Made by a program: the position numbers and the translations under genes. DNA of 64,000 nucleotides from Phyllobates terribilis. Taxonomy: Eukaryota. Below are positions 63,862 to 64,000 of the stretch, in pieces (position 1 is the first letter of the stretch; each line of letters begins with the position of its first letter). The DNA is taken from NCBI RefSeq assembly GCF_046119375.1, contig NW_027362768.1, forward strand, positions 385,020,001-385,084,000, given 5' to 3'. The notes under the pieces were generated by a model. That model worked only from the letters and a program-made list of their open reading frames with translations, had not been told where the DNA came from and did no database searches.

Positions 63862-64000
63862 GCCAATACCGCCATGCCTTTTAGTTTTAGGCAGAAATTC
63901 CTCCTTTGTGGTTGCCTTTAAAAGATGGTTCTTATGTTTCATCCTCAAGCGATGATTGACAGCTCGGACCAGCTGCATAGTTGTGTCACTGGCCCGAAGT

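Overview
Vertebrate genomic DNA, most likely a frog (inferred from gene sequences and repeat types), with the WDR82(-)/GLYCTK(+)/DNAH1(+) gene order known from human 3p21. WDR82: 8 of 9 coding exons found; exon 3 is absent (probably in an N gap) and exon 8 has a 1-bp deletion. A let-7g hairpin lies in WDR82 intron 2. GLYCTK is complete (4 coding exons, 518 aa). DNAH1 contributes 18 coding exons (about 1021 codons) and continues beyond the window. About 41 kb (roughly 64%, hand-summed) is tandem repeat from a dozen or more unit families. These include a 13.7-kb 49-bp array abutting the DNAH1 promoter and sharing sequence with its RFX X-box, a 13.1-kb 34/41-bp intronic array, and a 2-kb 40-bp array carrying TAGGGTTAGG. 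Also present: decayed CR1 and Penelope-like retroelements and several foldback/MITE-like elements. Nearly all long ORFs in the track are satellite artefacts. All identifications rest on recalled protein/RNA sequences and hand-checked splice phases; no searches were run.
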